Shown piece after piece: positions 1-6,054 of a DNA stretch of 44,102 bases. The DNA is from a virus, in IMG/VR virus record IMGVR_UViG_3300023096_000003; one strand, written 5' to 3'. A program made the position numbers and the translations under genes. Positions within the stretch are counted from its first letter, which is position 1; the number at the start of each line of letters is the position of its first letter. The notes beneath the pieces were generated by a model. The model was not told the origin of the DNA. It did not search any database and was given only the letters and a program-made list of their open reading frames with translations.

Positions 1-127
1 TGCGGCCGTACAGCACCCACAGGGCAGCATTCATCGGCAGGAGGCCGTAAGCGCCCGTTGTCAGTATCCAGAGGAGCCAGAGAGCTTGATTGACCAGACC
101 GTACAGCCAAGCATTGCGGGACTTATT
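1..127. repeat. Terminal direct repeat, left copy (identical to 43976..44102)
   Basis: Read directly: bases 1-127 match 43976-44102 base for base in direct orientation. The repeat lies inside a minus-strand CDS. Confidence 0.95.
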
Positions 128-202
128 CCCGGCAAGGATCGTCATGTAGATCGTGATGGCCGAAAGCAGCCAAGGCAGTTGGTCGCGGATGATCTCGCTC
201 AT
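1..202 (-). CDS. Small 3-helix membrane protein, 5' part. It is 75 aa when joined across the circular junction and shows a PnuC-like repeat pattern.
   Basis: ATG at 202-200 in an ATGA overlap with the stop of the 199..423 gene, with GGGGAGG upstream. The frame leaves the left edge and continues through the overlap to TGA at 43952-43950. Product: MSEIIRDQLPWLLSAITIYMTILAGNKSRNAWLYGLVNQALWLLWILTTGAYGLLPMNAALWVLYGRNHWKWNRV, with three hydrophobic segments. Absent from the ORF track because the window edge splits it. Confidence 0.55.
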   Translation of the reverse strand, partial: MSEIIRDQLPWLLSAITIYMTILAGNKSRNAWLYGLVNQALWLLWILTTGAYGLLPMNAALWVLYGR

Positions 203-423
203 TGCAGCCTCCCCGTGGCCGAAGTGGATGTTCTTTGATACGGAGACATATCCCCATCATGCGGTCGTGCATTCGACTGCACAGGCCCAATCTTTTCAGT
301 GCAAGGAACGCAGCGAAAATGTTCATGGTCCAACCCGCACGAAGCAAAGTCATAGATCGCCGCAGAGGAGCCAACGGATGACATGAACCTGCCGCAGTCA
401 TCGCATTTCGGAAGATTGGTCAT
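199..423 (-). CDS. Cys-rich small protein (possible zinc ribbon)
   Basis: ORF track, 74 aa. CDDC ... C ... CVPC pattern. ATG at 423 preceded by GGGGAGG. The stop overlaps the next start (ATGA). Confidence 0.5.
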   Translation of the reverse strand: MTNLPKCDDCGRFMSSVGSSAAIYDFASCGLDHEHFRCVPCTEKIGPVQSNARPHDGDMSPYQRTSTSATGRLQ

Positions 424-472
424 TGCAGCCTCCCCGTTGTTCTGTCTGTGAGGTGGTTAAGGGTGGGAGGGG

Positions 473-1114
473 TCATTGAGCTGCCGCCTGCGCTGAAATG
501 GTATCGTTGCAGTTGGCGATCTGCATGGCGCGCTTGTTGCGCTCTATCATCTGTTCGGCTGTGATGACGGGGGCGTCCTTGAGTGCCATGATGCGCTCGA
601 AATATTCGGCCTTTTCCTCGTTGAACTCTTCCGGCGTGGGAGCGAGGCCGTTGCGCTGCTTGTATTCCTGGTGCTCGTTCAGGAAGCCAAGGCGAAGGGC
701 TTTGACGCGGGCCTGAGCCTCTGGCGAACGCTCTACAACAGGCTCTGGCTTCATCGAGTCCAGAGTGGCACGGGCTCTGGCCAGATCGTCGCTGATCAAC
801 CGCTGTTCGGCGCGAACCATCGCAGCCAGTTCAGGGGGAAGCGGGATGAAAGACTTGCGATCGATATCGTATTCGCCGCGAACCAACTTCTTGCAGGCAA
901 TAGTTAGAGCCTCGCTCGACAATCCCGAAAGGGCGTAGGAATAGACCTTGTTGACATCTTCCGCCTTGATCGTGCTAGGGAGGCCCATGCCACCAGTCCG
1001 CAACGTGCGGATAGCCTTTGCCGCACCTTCTTCACCGCAGGGGCGAAGCTTGTCAGCGATGGCGGTAATCTGCTGCTGCAAGGTCGATGATGTTGCTACT
1101 AGCGCCGTCGTCAT
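473..1114 (-). CDS. Hypothetical early protein downstream of the DUF1376 gene
   Basis: Internal ATG (MTTALVATSS...) of ORF 473..1453. The longer N-terminal extension overlaps the DUF1376 gene and is low-complexity. Start is uncertain. Confidence 0.45.
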   Translation of the reverse strand: MTTALVATSSTLQQQITAIADKLRPCGEEGAAKAIRTLRTGGMGLPSTIKAEDVNKVYSYALSGLSSEALTIACKKLVRGEYDIDRKSFIPLPPELAAMVRAEQRLISDDLARARATLDSMKPEPVVERSPEAQARVKALRLGFLNEHQEYKQRNGLAPTPEEFNEEKAEYFERIMALKDAPVITAEQMIERNKRAMQIANCNDTISAQAAAQ

Positions 1115-1877
1115 TGTCGTGTTTCCCGTTGATGACTTTGTCGAGTTCCCGGTCAACAGCCTCGTTGTGAAGCTGGAAGGCCGTCTTGCGTGGCGGGCCG
1201 GTCGTATTGGCCTTGTTGTTTCGGACCCAGTACCGCCATGTGGCGGGCCAATCCTGCTTGGTGGCCGAGGCCCCCGATTTCGAAATCCAGAAGTCTCTGA
1301 ACTTGTCCGCTTCGAATTGAACGGCTTGGGAAGACATGCCGAGGTCAGTGGCAAATTGCCTGTCTGCTTCGGAAGGCTCCCAGTCGTCAGCGATGCGAGT
1401 TCCTTTTTTTGGAGAAACGGTAGTTTCTCTTTTTTCACTCTGGCTTCTGGCATCTGGTATCTGGGCTTTAACCTGCCCCTTATCCGATGGGTTAACCGAA
1501 CCTTGGCTAACCCCTTGATTTCTAAGGGACGGGTTTCCGCCTCTCATTCCATTATCTCTGTTCGATCTCGCCTTCATCTCGTCGCGAACCATGCGTCTGC
1601 TCAAGATGATCCCGTGGTCTGTGACGCTGTAGACGCCATTTCTTCCCAGCTCTTTCAGGGACGATCGGACGGCCTTCAGGGGCACATCAATCAGCCGAGC
1701 AAGAGCCTCGTCAGTCACGGCTATGCCATTCACCATGAGGTGACCGTATGGGTCAGCCTCGTGCATGATCCCGAGCATTTCGAGCCAGACGTACCGGCTC
1801 AAAGGCTCACACATTCTCAGGGCTGGGTCGGCTCGCCAGTCGGATGGGTAGAATTTCATCCACGGCTGCTTCACCAT
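1053..1877 (-). CDS. DUF1376 (YdaU-like) replication-associated protein
   Basis: MVKQPWMKFYPSDWRADPALRMC... is the characteristic DUF1376 N-terminus. ATG at 1877 overlaps the upstream stop (TAATG). A low-complexity linker is followed by a C-terminal domain. Confidence 0.7.
   Translation of the reverse strand: MVKQPWMKFYPSDWRADPALRMCEPLSRYVWLEMLGIMHEADPYGHLMVNGIAVTDEALARLIDVPLKAVRSSLKELGRNGVYSVTDHGIILSRRMVRDEMKARSNRDNGMRGGNPSLRNQGVSQGSVNPSDKGQVKAQIPDARSQSEKRETTVSPKKGTRIADDWEPSEADRQFATDLGMSSQAVQFEADKFRDFWISKSGASATKQDWPATWRYWVRNNKANTTGPPRKTAFQLHNEAVDRELDKVINGKHDNDDGASSNIIDLAAADYRHR
1404..1464. repeat. T-tract-flanked hairpin plus three tandem heptamers (candidate origin-like element inside the DUF1376 gene)
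   Basis: T7 (1404-1410), GAGAAAC (1412-1418), loop GGTA, GTTTCTC (1423-1429), T6 (1430-1435), then CTTCTGG CATCTGG TATCTGG (1444-1464). Confidence 0.25.
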
Positions 1878-2092
1878 TACGCGGACGCCTTTTCCATGCG
1901 CCGATGGGCGATCATGAAAGCGCGGATTTCCGCTTCTGTTTCTGGCCATACCCGGCCAGACTTCCCTCTGACGCCGACACTGCGAAGCCGCTCGAACAGC
2001 CGGCCATTGCCAACTGACCGACAGAAGTTCGGTTCACTCATGCCTGTTTCAGCAAGGAAGGCTTCAATGTCTGTGAGAAGGTTCGTTTGCAT
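1877..2092 (-). CDS. Small Cro-like / DNA-binding early regulator (putative)
   Basis: ATG at 2092 (MQTNLLTDIEAFLAETGMSEPNFCRSVGNGRLFERL...), 71 aa. It is the first gene of the minus-strand early operon and is divergent from the XRE gene. No obvious SD, so it may be leaderless. Confidence 0.45.
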   Translation of the reverse strand: MQTNLLTDIEAFLAETGMSEPNFCRSVGNGRLFERLRSVGVRGKSGRVWPETEAEIRAFMIAHRRMEKASA

Positions 2093-2103
2093 GAGGGCTA
2101 TTA

Positions 2104-2120
2104 TGCACGCTTTTGCGTTC
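2104..2120 (+). promoter_or_regulatory. Operator-like motif O1: TGCACGCTTTTGCGTTC
   Basis: Lies in the 86-nt divergent intergenic region, 12 nt from the Cro-like ATG. Two near-identical copies are at 2678 and 2709. Confidence 0.45.
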
Positions 2121-2178
2121 GCCGCAAGTGCCCGCAACAACGTTCATGCAATTAATTTGAAATCTGGTAATTAGCAGC

Positions 2179-2484
2179 ATGGCTACCGATTGGCGAACCA
2201 GACTCACAGATGCAATTGAGAAAGACGGTCGTTCCCGTCGCGAAATCGCACGCGAATGCGGGTTCGGAACCAATTTTGTGAGTGAACTGCTAGCTGGCGA
2301 AAAAGCGCCCAGCACTGACAGGGTAGTCAAGCTGGCAGAAGTTTTAGAGATCAGCCTGGCTTATATATTTACGGGCGTGGAAATGTCTCGGCAGGATGAA
2401 GAATTTCTGAAGATCGTGGCGGGTATGTCCGACAAAGAGAAAGAGCACCTGTTAGGTCTGCTCGAAACTCGCCAGAACAAATAA
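2179..2484 (+). CDS. XRE / Cro-CI family helix-turn-helix regulator (candidate repressor)
   Basis: 101 aa. RREIARECGFGTNFVSELLAGEKAPSTDRVVKLAEVLEISLAYIF is a classic HTH_3-type motif. Divergent from the lytic-direction operon. Confidence 0.8.
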   Translation: MATDWRTRLTDAIEKDGRSRREIARECGFGTNFVSELLAGEKAPSTDRVVKLAEVLEISLAYIFTGVEMSRQDEEFLKIVAGMSDKEKEHLLGLLETRQNK

Positions 2485-2504
2485 CGTTCAAAATCACAAC
2501 GTCC

Positions 2505-2546
2505 CGCTGTGCCCGTGTGAGCGCCATCCACGACAGCGCGATTTTC
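2505..2546 (+). terminator. Weak candidate intrinsic terminator after the XRE gene
   Basis: CGCTGT (2505-2510) pairs with ACAGCG (2533-2538), followed by ATTTTCT. The loop is long (22 nt), so support is weak. Confidence 0.2.
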
Positions 2547-2677
2547 TCCGTCATATCCATAGTGGCGATAATCCCTCCCCTGTTACAGGCTCCATCCCTG
2601 CCCATCCATTGAACGCCAGTGCGTGCGCTTTGTAAATGGGGATAAATTCCTATACCACGTTTTCGGCCGTTTTGTCG

Positions 2678-2694
2678 TGCACTTTTTTGCGTTC
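2678..2694 (+). promoter_or_regulatory. Operator-like motif O2: TGCACTTTTTTGCGTTC
   Basis: 15/17 identical to O1. Immediately upstream of a CTTGAC hexamer. Confidence 0.4.
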
Positions 2695-2700
2695 ATCACG

Positions 2701-2730
2701 CTTGACGTGACCGCAAAAGCGTGCGATGTT
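2701..2730 (+). promoter_or_regulatory. Candidate early promoter for the plus-strand operon
   Basis: CTTGAC at 2701-2706 matches the alphaproteobacterial -35 consensus. The -10 is poor (GATGTT at 18-nt spacing). Bracketed by O2 and O3. Confidence 0.3.
2709..2725 (-). promoter_or_regulatory. Operator-like motif O3 (inverted): CGCACGCTTTTGCGGTC
   Basis: 15/17 identical to O1 when read on the minus strand. Overlaps the spacer of the candidate promoter. Confidence 0.4.
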
Positions 2731-2741
2731 GTGTAGGTAAG

Positions 2742-2765
2742 CAGCGGCCACAACCACCCAACCGG
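2742..2765 (+). repeat. Leader repeat family A, copy 1 (CAGCGGCCACAACCACCCAACCGG)
   Basis: 24-nt core identical to 3070-3093 and 3645-3668. Followed by ACCGGAGACGAAGATG, which is shared with copy 2. Confidence 0.9.
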
Positions 2766-2773
2766 AGACGAAG

Positions 2774-3025
2774 ATGAAATCGCATGAAGCTCACCACATC
2801 GCACAGCTCGCTCTTCGCGGCGACATCAAGGACCGCGCTCTAATCCAGGAAGCCTACGGGCAGTTGGTAAATGTCGCATCGACGAGCTTCGGAACCGAAG
2901 CATTTCTGTTGGCTGATCGCTTCCCTGACATTTGCGACCGCTCTGACCTCGATTGGCTCAACGAGATCGACGACGAGGAAGGCTCCAACACCAGCTTTTA
3001 CGACCCGATCTACTCCGACGCTTGA
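2774..3025 (+). CDS. Strongly acidic small early protein (hypothetical)
   Basis: 83 aa, SD GGAGA 6 nt upstream. About 17 D/E against 6 K/R, with an acidic C-terminal tail DLDWLNEIDDEEGSNTSFYDPIYSDA. Confidence 0.6.
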   Translation: MKSHEAHHIAQLALRGDIKDRALIQEAYGQLVNVASTSFGTEAFLLADRFPDICDRSDLDWLNEIDDEEGSNTSFYDPIYSDA

Positions 3026-3069
3026 TCGCGTTCGGCATGGTCCTTCGGGGCCATATCGAAACTGATCCG

Positions 3070-3115
3070 CAGCGGCCACAACCACCCAACCGGTGATCAG
3101 GTCGCTACATCGAAA
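3070..3115 (+). repeat. Leader repeat family A, copy 2 (46 nt)
   Basis: 45/46 identical to 3645-3690. The first 24 nt are identical to copy 1. Confidence 0.9.
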
Positions 3116-3138
3116 GACGCAAACGACCGGAGACGAAG

Positions 3139-3351
3139 ATGGAAAAGGCAATCTACACAATCGAAGCTTCCACCGAATGGGGTGCCGGTATTGGCCCGAA
3201 CGGCACTGGCAAGCGCGCAAAGGTTTCCGGCTTCTACGTTGTCAGCCCTGATGGGCGCAAGGCTCGGGCTTTCAAGGGAGCAAATGCTGAAAAGCAGGCT
3301 GCAGAATGGGCTTCCCACCTCAATGAAACTCTTCTCGGCTTAGCGGCCTAA
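3139..3351 (+). CDS. Hypothetical small early protein
   Basis: 70 aa. Its 16-nt translation-initiation region is identical to that of the 2774 gene (ACCGGAGACGAAGATG). Confidence 0.6.
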   Translation: MEKAIYTIEASTEWGAGIGPNGTGKRAKVSGFYVVSPDGRKARAFKGANAEKQAAEWASHLNETLLGLAA

Positions 3352-3429
3352 TACCCGCTTCGCCCCGCCGCGAGGATGTCGCGGTCATGAACGTCGGTGG
3401 GCAGACGTGGCAGCTCGGAGAGACGGCAA

Positions 3430-3636
3430 ATGGAGAACAAAATGACTGTAGGGCCGAAAGACTTTTTTGATGATGGCTTCGACGCAAGCCGTGACGGCGA
3501 TAGCGCCTTACAGGCTGCGGCCCGCGAAGCCGGATGGGCTCTTTCAACTTTGGTTGATGAGATCAAATTTGAGAAGCGCCAACAGGTTGTCAACATCATC
3601 AATCGGCTGTCAGCGGCCCTCAAAGCCACCTCATAA
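3430..3636 (+). CDS. Hypothetical small early protein
   Basis: ATG at 3430 with GGAGAG 7 nt upstream (an alternative ATG is at 3442). The ORF-track start at 3397 is GTG. Ends in ...LKATS, like the 4171 gene product. Confidence 0.55.
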   Translation: MENKMTVGPKDFFDDGFDASRDGDSALQAAAREAGWALSTLVDEIKFEKRQQVVNIINRLSAALKATS

Positions 3637-3644
3637 GCAATCCA

Positions 3645-3690
3645 CAGCGGCCACAACCACCCAACCGGTGATCTGGTCGCTACATCGAAA
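3645..3690 (+). repeat. Leader repeat family A, copy 3 (46 nt)
   Basis: See copy 2. Lies in frame between the stop at 3634-3636 and the ATG at 3703. Confidence 0.9.
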
Positions 3691-3702
3691 CCTCGGGAGA
3701 AG

Positions 3703-4107
3703 ATGATGAGCAAGAGAAACCGCCTGAAGAAAGAAGCTGAAGTAACCGCAGCATCCAAGCCCTTGTCGCCGTCATCCGGCCTGACACTCGGCTCTCACAA
3801 GTTTCCTGCCTTTGATGGCTTGTCGGCAGCGTTCGGCGCTCGTCTGGCGGACTACCCGAGGATGGAGGCTGTTCCGAAGCAGTTTCAGGAACATTCCGGC
3901 CAGTATCAGAACGTCGTCTCTTCGCTGTTTTTCAGGGGCGGAAAGCTCTCCGACTATGGCCTTGACTTCAAGCCATCGATCGACCGTGCCGCCGCCATGA
4001 CCGCACTACGCGCCCTTCTCGGGTCGTTTGATCCGAAGCACGAACACAAGACCGCAGTCGTCGCATGGGCCCTGTCCGAGTGGTGTGATGGAACTCCAAT
4101 CTCCTAA
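3703..4107 (+). CDS. Hypothetical early protein
   Basis: 134 aa, GGGAGAAG SD, tandem ATG ATG. Confidence 0.6.
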   Translation: MMSKRNRLKKEAEVTAASKPLSPSSGLTLGSHKFPAFDGLSAAFGARLADYPRMEAVPKQFQEHSGQYQNVVSSLFFRGGKLSDYGLDFKPSIDRAAAMTALRALLGSFDPKHEHKTAVVAWALSEWCDGTPIS

Positions 4108-4122
4108 CCCCGCAGTACCCCT

Positions 4123-4165
4123 CACCTCACCCATCTGCTCACTGCATAGAAAGACACAAGGGAGA
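4123..4165 (+). repeat. Leader repeat family B, copy 1 (CACCTCACCCATCTGCTCACTGCATAGAAAGACACAAGGGAGA)
   Basis: 42/43 identical to 4363-4405. Ends in the SD of the downstream gene. Confidence 0.9.
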
Positions 4166-4170
4166 CTGAA

Positions 4171-4356
4171 ATGCCGGAGTTGATCGCAGCGGTTCAGAAC
4201 CTGCTCACGAACAAACAGTCCAAGTACACGGATCGGAACGGTCGGCGCATCAGCATTCAAGACGAGAACGGCGAACTGATGTGGCTCGTCTCGTTTGACG
4301 ACATGATCGAAGTCGAAGCCGCCCTGCGCGATGTTCTCTCCAAAGCCACCTCCTGA
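4171..4356 (+). CDS. Hypothetical small early protein
   Basis: 61 aa, SD GGGAGA within repeat B1. Confidence 0.6.
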   Translation: MPELIAAVQNLLTNKQSKYTDRNGRRISIQDENGELMWLVSFDDMIEVEAALRDVLSKATS

Positions 4357-4362
4357 CCCCAC

Positions 4363-4405
4363 CACCTCACCCATCTGGTCACTGCATAGAAAGACACAAG
4401 GGAGA
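4363..4405 (+). repeat. Leader repeat family B, copy 2
   Basis: Exactly 240 nt downstream of copy 1, with a single C/G difference. Confidence 0.9.
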
Positions 4406-4410
4406 ATACG

Positions 4411-4617
4411 ATGACGAAGACAGTGAAGCGATACGACCTGAAGCAGGAAGGCGACTACAGCCAGGTTGAAGGCGTGATGAACGAAGTCAGCAATGGCGAT
4501 TGGGTCTCTGCCGACGACTACGACACCCTGCAAGAGGAGGCCTTTCGCCTGCGAAACATCATCATCGACGCGACACTGAACGTCAAGGTGGCGCTTTCGG
4601 ATCTTTCCGAGGCCTGA
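4411..4617 (+). CDS. Hypothetical small acidic early protein
   Basis: 68 aa, SD within repeat B2. Confidence 0.6.
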   Translation: MTKTVKRYDLKQEGDYSQVEGVMNEVSNGDWVSADDYDTLQEEAFRLRNIIIDATLNVKVALSDLSEA

Positions 4618-4660
4618 CCACCGCTTAGCCCATCCCACCAATCTAGCAGGAGTCGGAAAC

Positions 4661-4888
4661 ATGGCAATGGTTCAACCATATCACATCGAAACGGCAGATG
4701 GCCTTGTGTGGACCGGAGCCGGCTACTCTTACGATGACCTCGACGCGCAATTCTTCGATACCGAGGAAGACGCCCTGTTTGAGATCCACACGCTCGATCT
4801 CCAGGAAGTCGTCGTGGAAAGCTACCAGCGGTATTCCAGCACCTCATTCCCCAAGATTTACGACGCGACGGAGGCTAGAGCAGCATGA
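4661..4888 (+). CDS. Hypothetical small acidic early protein
   Basis: 75 aa, AGGAG SD 8 nt upstream. Confidence 0.6.
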   Translation: MAMVQPYHIETADGLVWTGAGYSYDDLDAQFFDTEEDALFEIHTLDLQEVVVESYQRYSSTSFPKIYDATEARAA

Positions 4889-5082
4889 TCACCAACCGCC
4901 CACATATCGCCGTAGAAGTCCCCGTGGACACGCTTCAGGACATTCGCGGATGGGTAGCCCATTGGGAAGAGGACGCCCGTTGCAACCTCGTTCCGACGAG
5001 GGAAAGCCTTTCGATCGTTCGCGGGCTGATTGGTGCCGCGCTCGACCAGCCGCGTGTTTTCCAGTGGGAGGCAGTGGAATGA
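4885..5082 (+). CDS. Hypothetical small early protein
   Basis: 65 aa. ATGA overlaps with both neighbouring genes. Confidence 0.55.
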   Translation: MITNRPHIAVEVPVDTLQDIRGWVAHWEEDARCNLVPTRESLSIVRGLIGAALDQPRVFQWEAVE

Positions 5083-5726
5083 CCGACAAACCAATTCTGT
5101 TTTCGGCGCCGATGGTCCGCGCCTTGCTCGCCGCGACAAAGACGCAGACCCGGCGCGAGATCAAGCCGCGAGGTACGCGTCCGAGCATCTTCAACGGCGG
5201 GTGGACTGACAGCTATGTGCTCGACCCCGGCAACGAGAGCTGGCGGCGGCAGGATATCCGTGTTGCGACCGGCGACCGCTTGTGGGTCAAAGAGACGTGG
5301 GCACCGCTGACAGCCGTAACCCACAACGATCCCGGCACTCAGGCAATCGCAGACGGCGGTTTCTATCGCGCCGACGAAGGCACGGTTGATGGCGAAGTCT
5401 CTAAGTGGAAGCCGTCGATCTTCATGCCCCGGCATGCATCGCGTCTCACCCTGACCGTCACCGACGTGAAGGTGGAGCGGCTGCAGGATATCAGCGAGGC
5501 CGACGCGAAGGCTGAGGGCGCGATCCCATATCATTGCGCGGCTTCGAAGCTGGACTATTACGGCCCGACCCACGCCATGTGCGGCCAAGATCACCGGGCA
5601 GGCTTTTGCCAAATTTGGGAAAAGATCAACGGCATCGACAGCTGGAACGCAAACCCATGGGTAGTTGCCTACACCTTCACGGTTCAGCGCGGCAATATCG
5701 ATCAGATTGAGCGGGTGGCGGCATGA
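5079..5726 (+). CDS. ASCH-like conserved phage protein (putative)
   Basis: Internal ATG of ORF 4698..5726 in an ATGA overlap with the upstream stop. The N-terminus MTDKPILFSAPMVRALLAATKTQTRREIKPR ... LWVKETW is typical of ASCH-type phage proteins. Confidence 0.45.
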   Translation: MTDKPILFSAPMVRALLAATKTQTRREIKPRGTRPSIFNGGWTDSYVLDPGNESWRRQDIRVATGDRLWVKETWAPLTAVTHNDPGTQAIADGGFYRADEGTVDGEVSKWKPSIFMPRHASRLTLTVTDVKVERLQDISEADAKAEGAIPYHCAASKLDYYGPTHAMCGQDHRAGFCQIWEKINGIDSWNANPWVVAYTFTVQRGNIDQIERVAA

Positions 5727-5872
5727 GATACGACCTCGGCACTATCGCCGGAGCTAATCGCCCGTCCGACATCATGAGTGCGAACCGCAGATATGGATGG
5801 GGGCTGTTCTCCATTTTCATGCTCGCTGCCAATCTTTCTCTGATCATCTTCGCTGTGTGGGGGTGGAGATGA
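5723..5872 (+). CDS. 49-aa single-pass membrane micro-protein
   Basis: Below the ORF-track cut-off. ATGA overlaps at both ends. Product: MRYDLGTIAGANRPSDIMSANRRYGWGLFSIFMLAANLSLIIFAVWGWR. Confidence 0.45.
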   Translation: MRYDLGTIAGANRPSDIMSANRRYGWGLFSIFMLAANLSLIIFAVWGWR

Positions 5873-6054
5873 CCACAGTAACCCAGATGCGAGAGATTTT
5901 TATATTCAGCGCGCAGGGCTGGAAGCGAGATCGATCCAGAGCCCGCACCGCCGAACAATTCAAGGTAGCCCAAGACCATTTGGAAGCCTGCCGGAAGCAA
6001 GTCGAGTTCTGGCGCTCCAGAGAGAAGGAAATCAGCAATGACAATCGCCGTTAA
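5869..6054 (+). CDS. Hypothetical small basic protein
   Basis: ATG at 5869 in an ATGA overlap. Forms the 3' part of ORF 5797..6054. Confidence 0.5.
   Translation: MTTVTQMREIFIFSAQGWKRDRSRARTAEQFKVAQDHLEACRKQVEFWRSREKEISNDNRR

Noticed and set aside
1-127. The terminal repeats as physical phage DTRs, LTRs or IS ends
   Set aside because: The repeat is direct rather than inverted. It lies in the middle of a CDS that reads through the junction, and no transposase is present. Its length equals a common assembler k-mer. Circular-assembly overlap is the simpler explanation, although read-level data are needed to exclude DTRs.
948-2174. 408-aa plus-strand ORF, the longest ORF in the left end
   Set aside because: It is entirely antisense to the DUF1376 gene and its neighbours, which have recognisable motifs, SDs and start/stop coupling. 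It is low-complexity, Arg/Ser/Pro-rich and typical of a shadow frame in GC-rich coding DNA.
2369-2605. Minus-strand ORF in the gap after the XRE gene, with a GGAGGG upstream of an ATG at 2562
   Set aside because: The SD spacing is about 13 nt, which is too long. Half of the ORF is antisense to the XRE gene, and no motif is recognisable. The gap is better explained as regulatory sequence (terminator candidate, operators, promoter).
2742-4405. A CRISPR-like or integron-like array formed by the family A and B repeats
   Set aside because: There are only two or three copies each, with irregular spacing for family A. The repeats overlap ribosome-binding sites and start codons of real genes. There are no cas genes, and no integron-type integrase or attC-like structure.
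4698-5726. 342-aa plus-strand ORF
   Set aside because: The N-terminal 127 codons overlap the 4661 and 4885 genes and are Arg/Pro/Ser-rich. The conserved ASCH-like sequence begins at the ATGA-coupled ATG at 5079.
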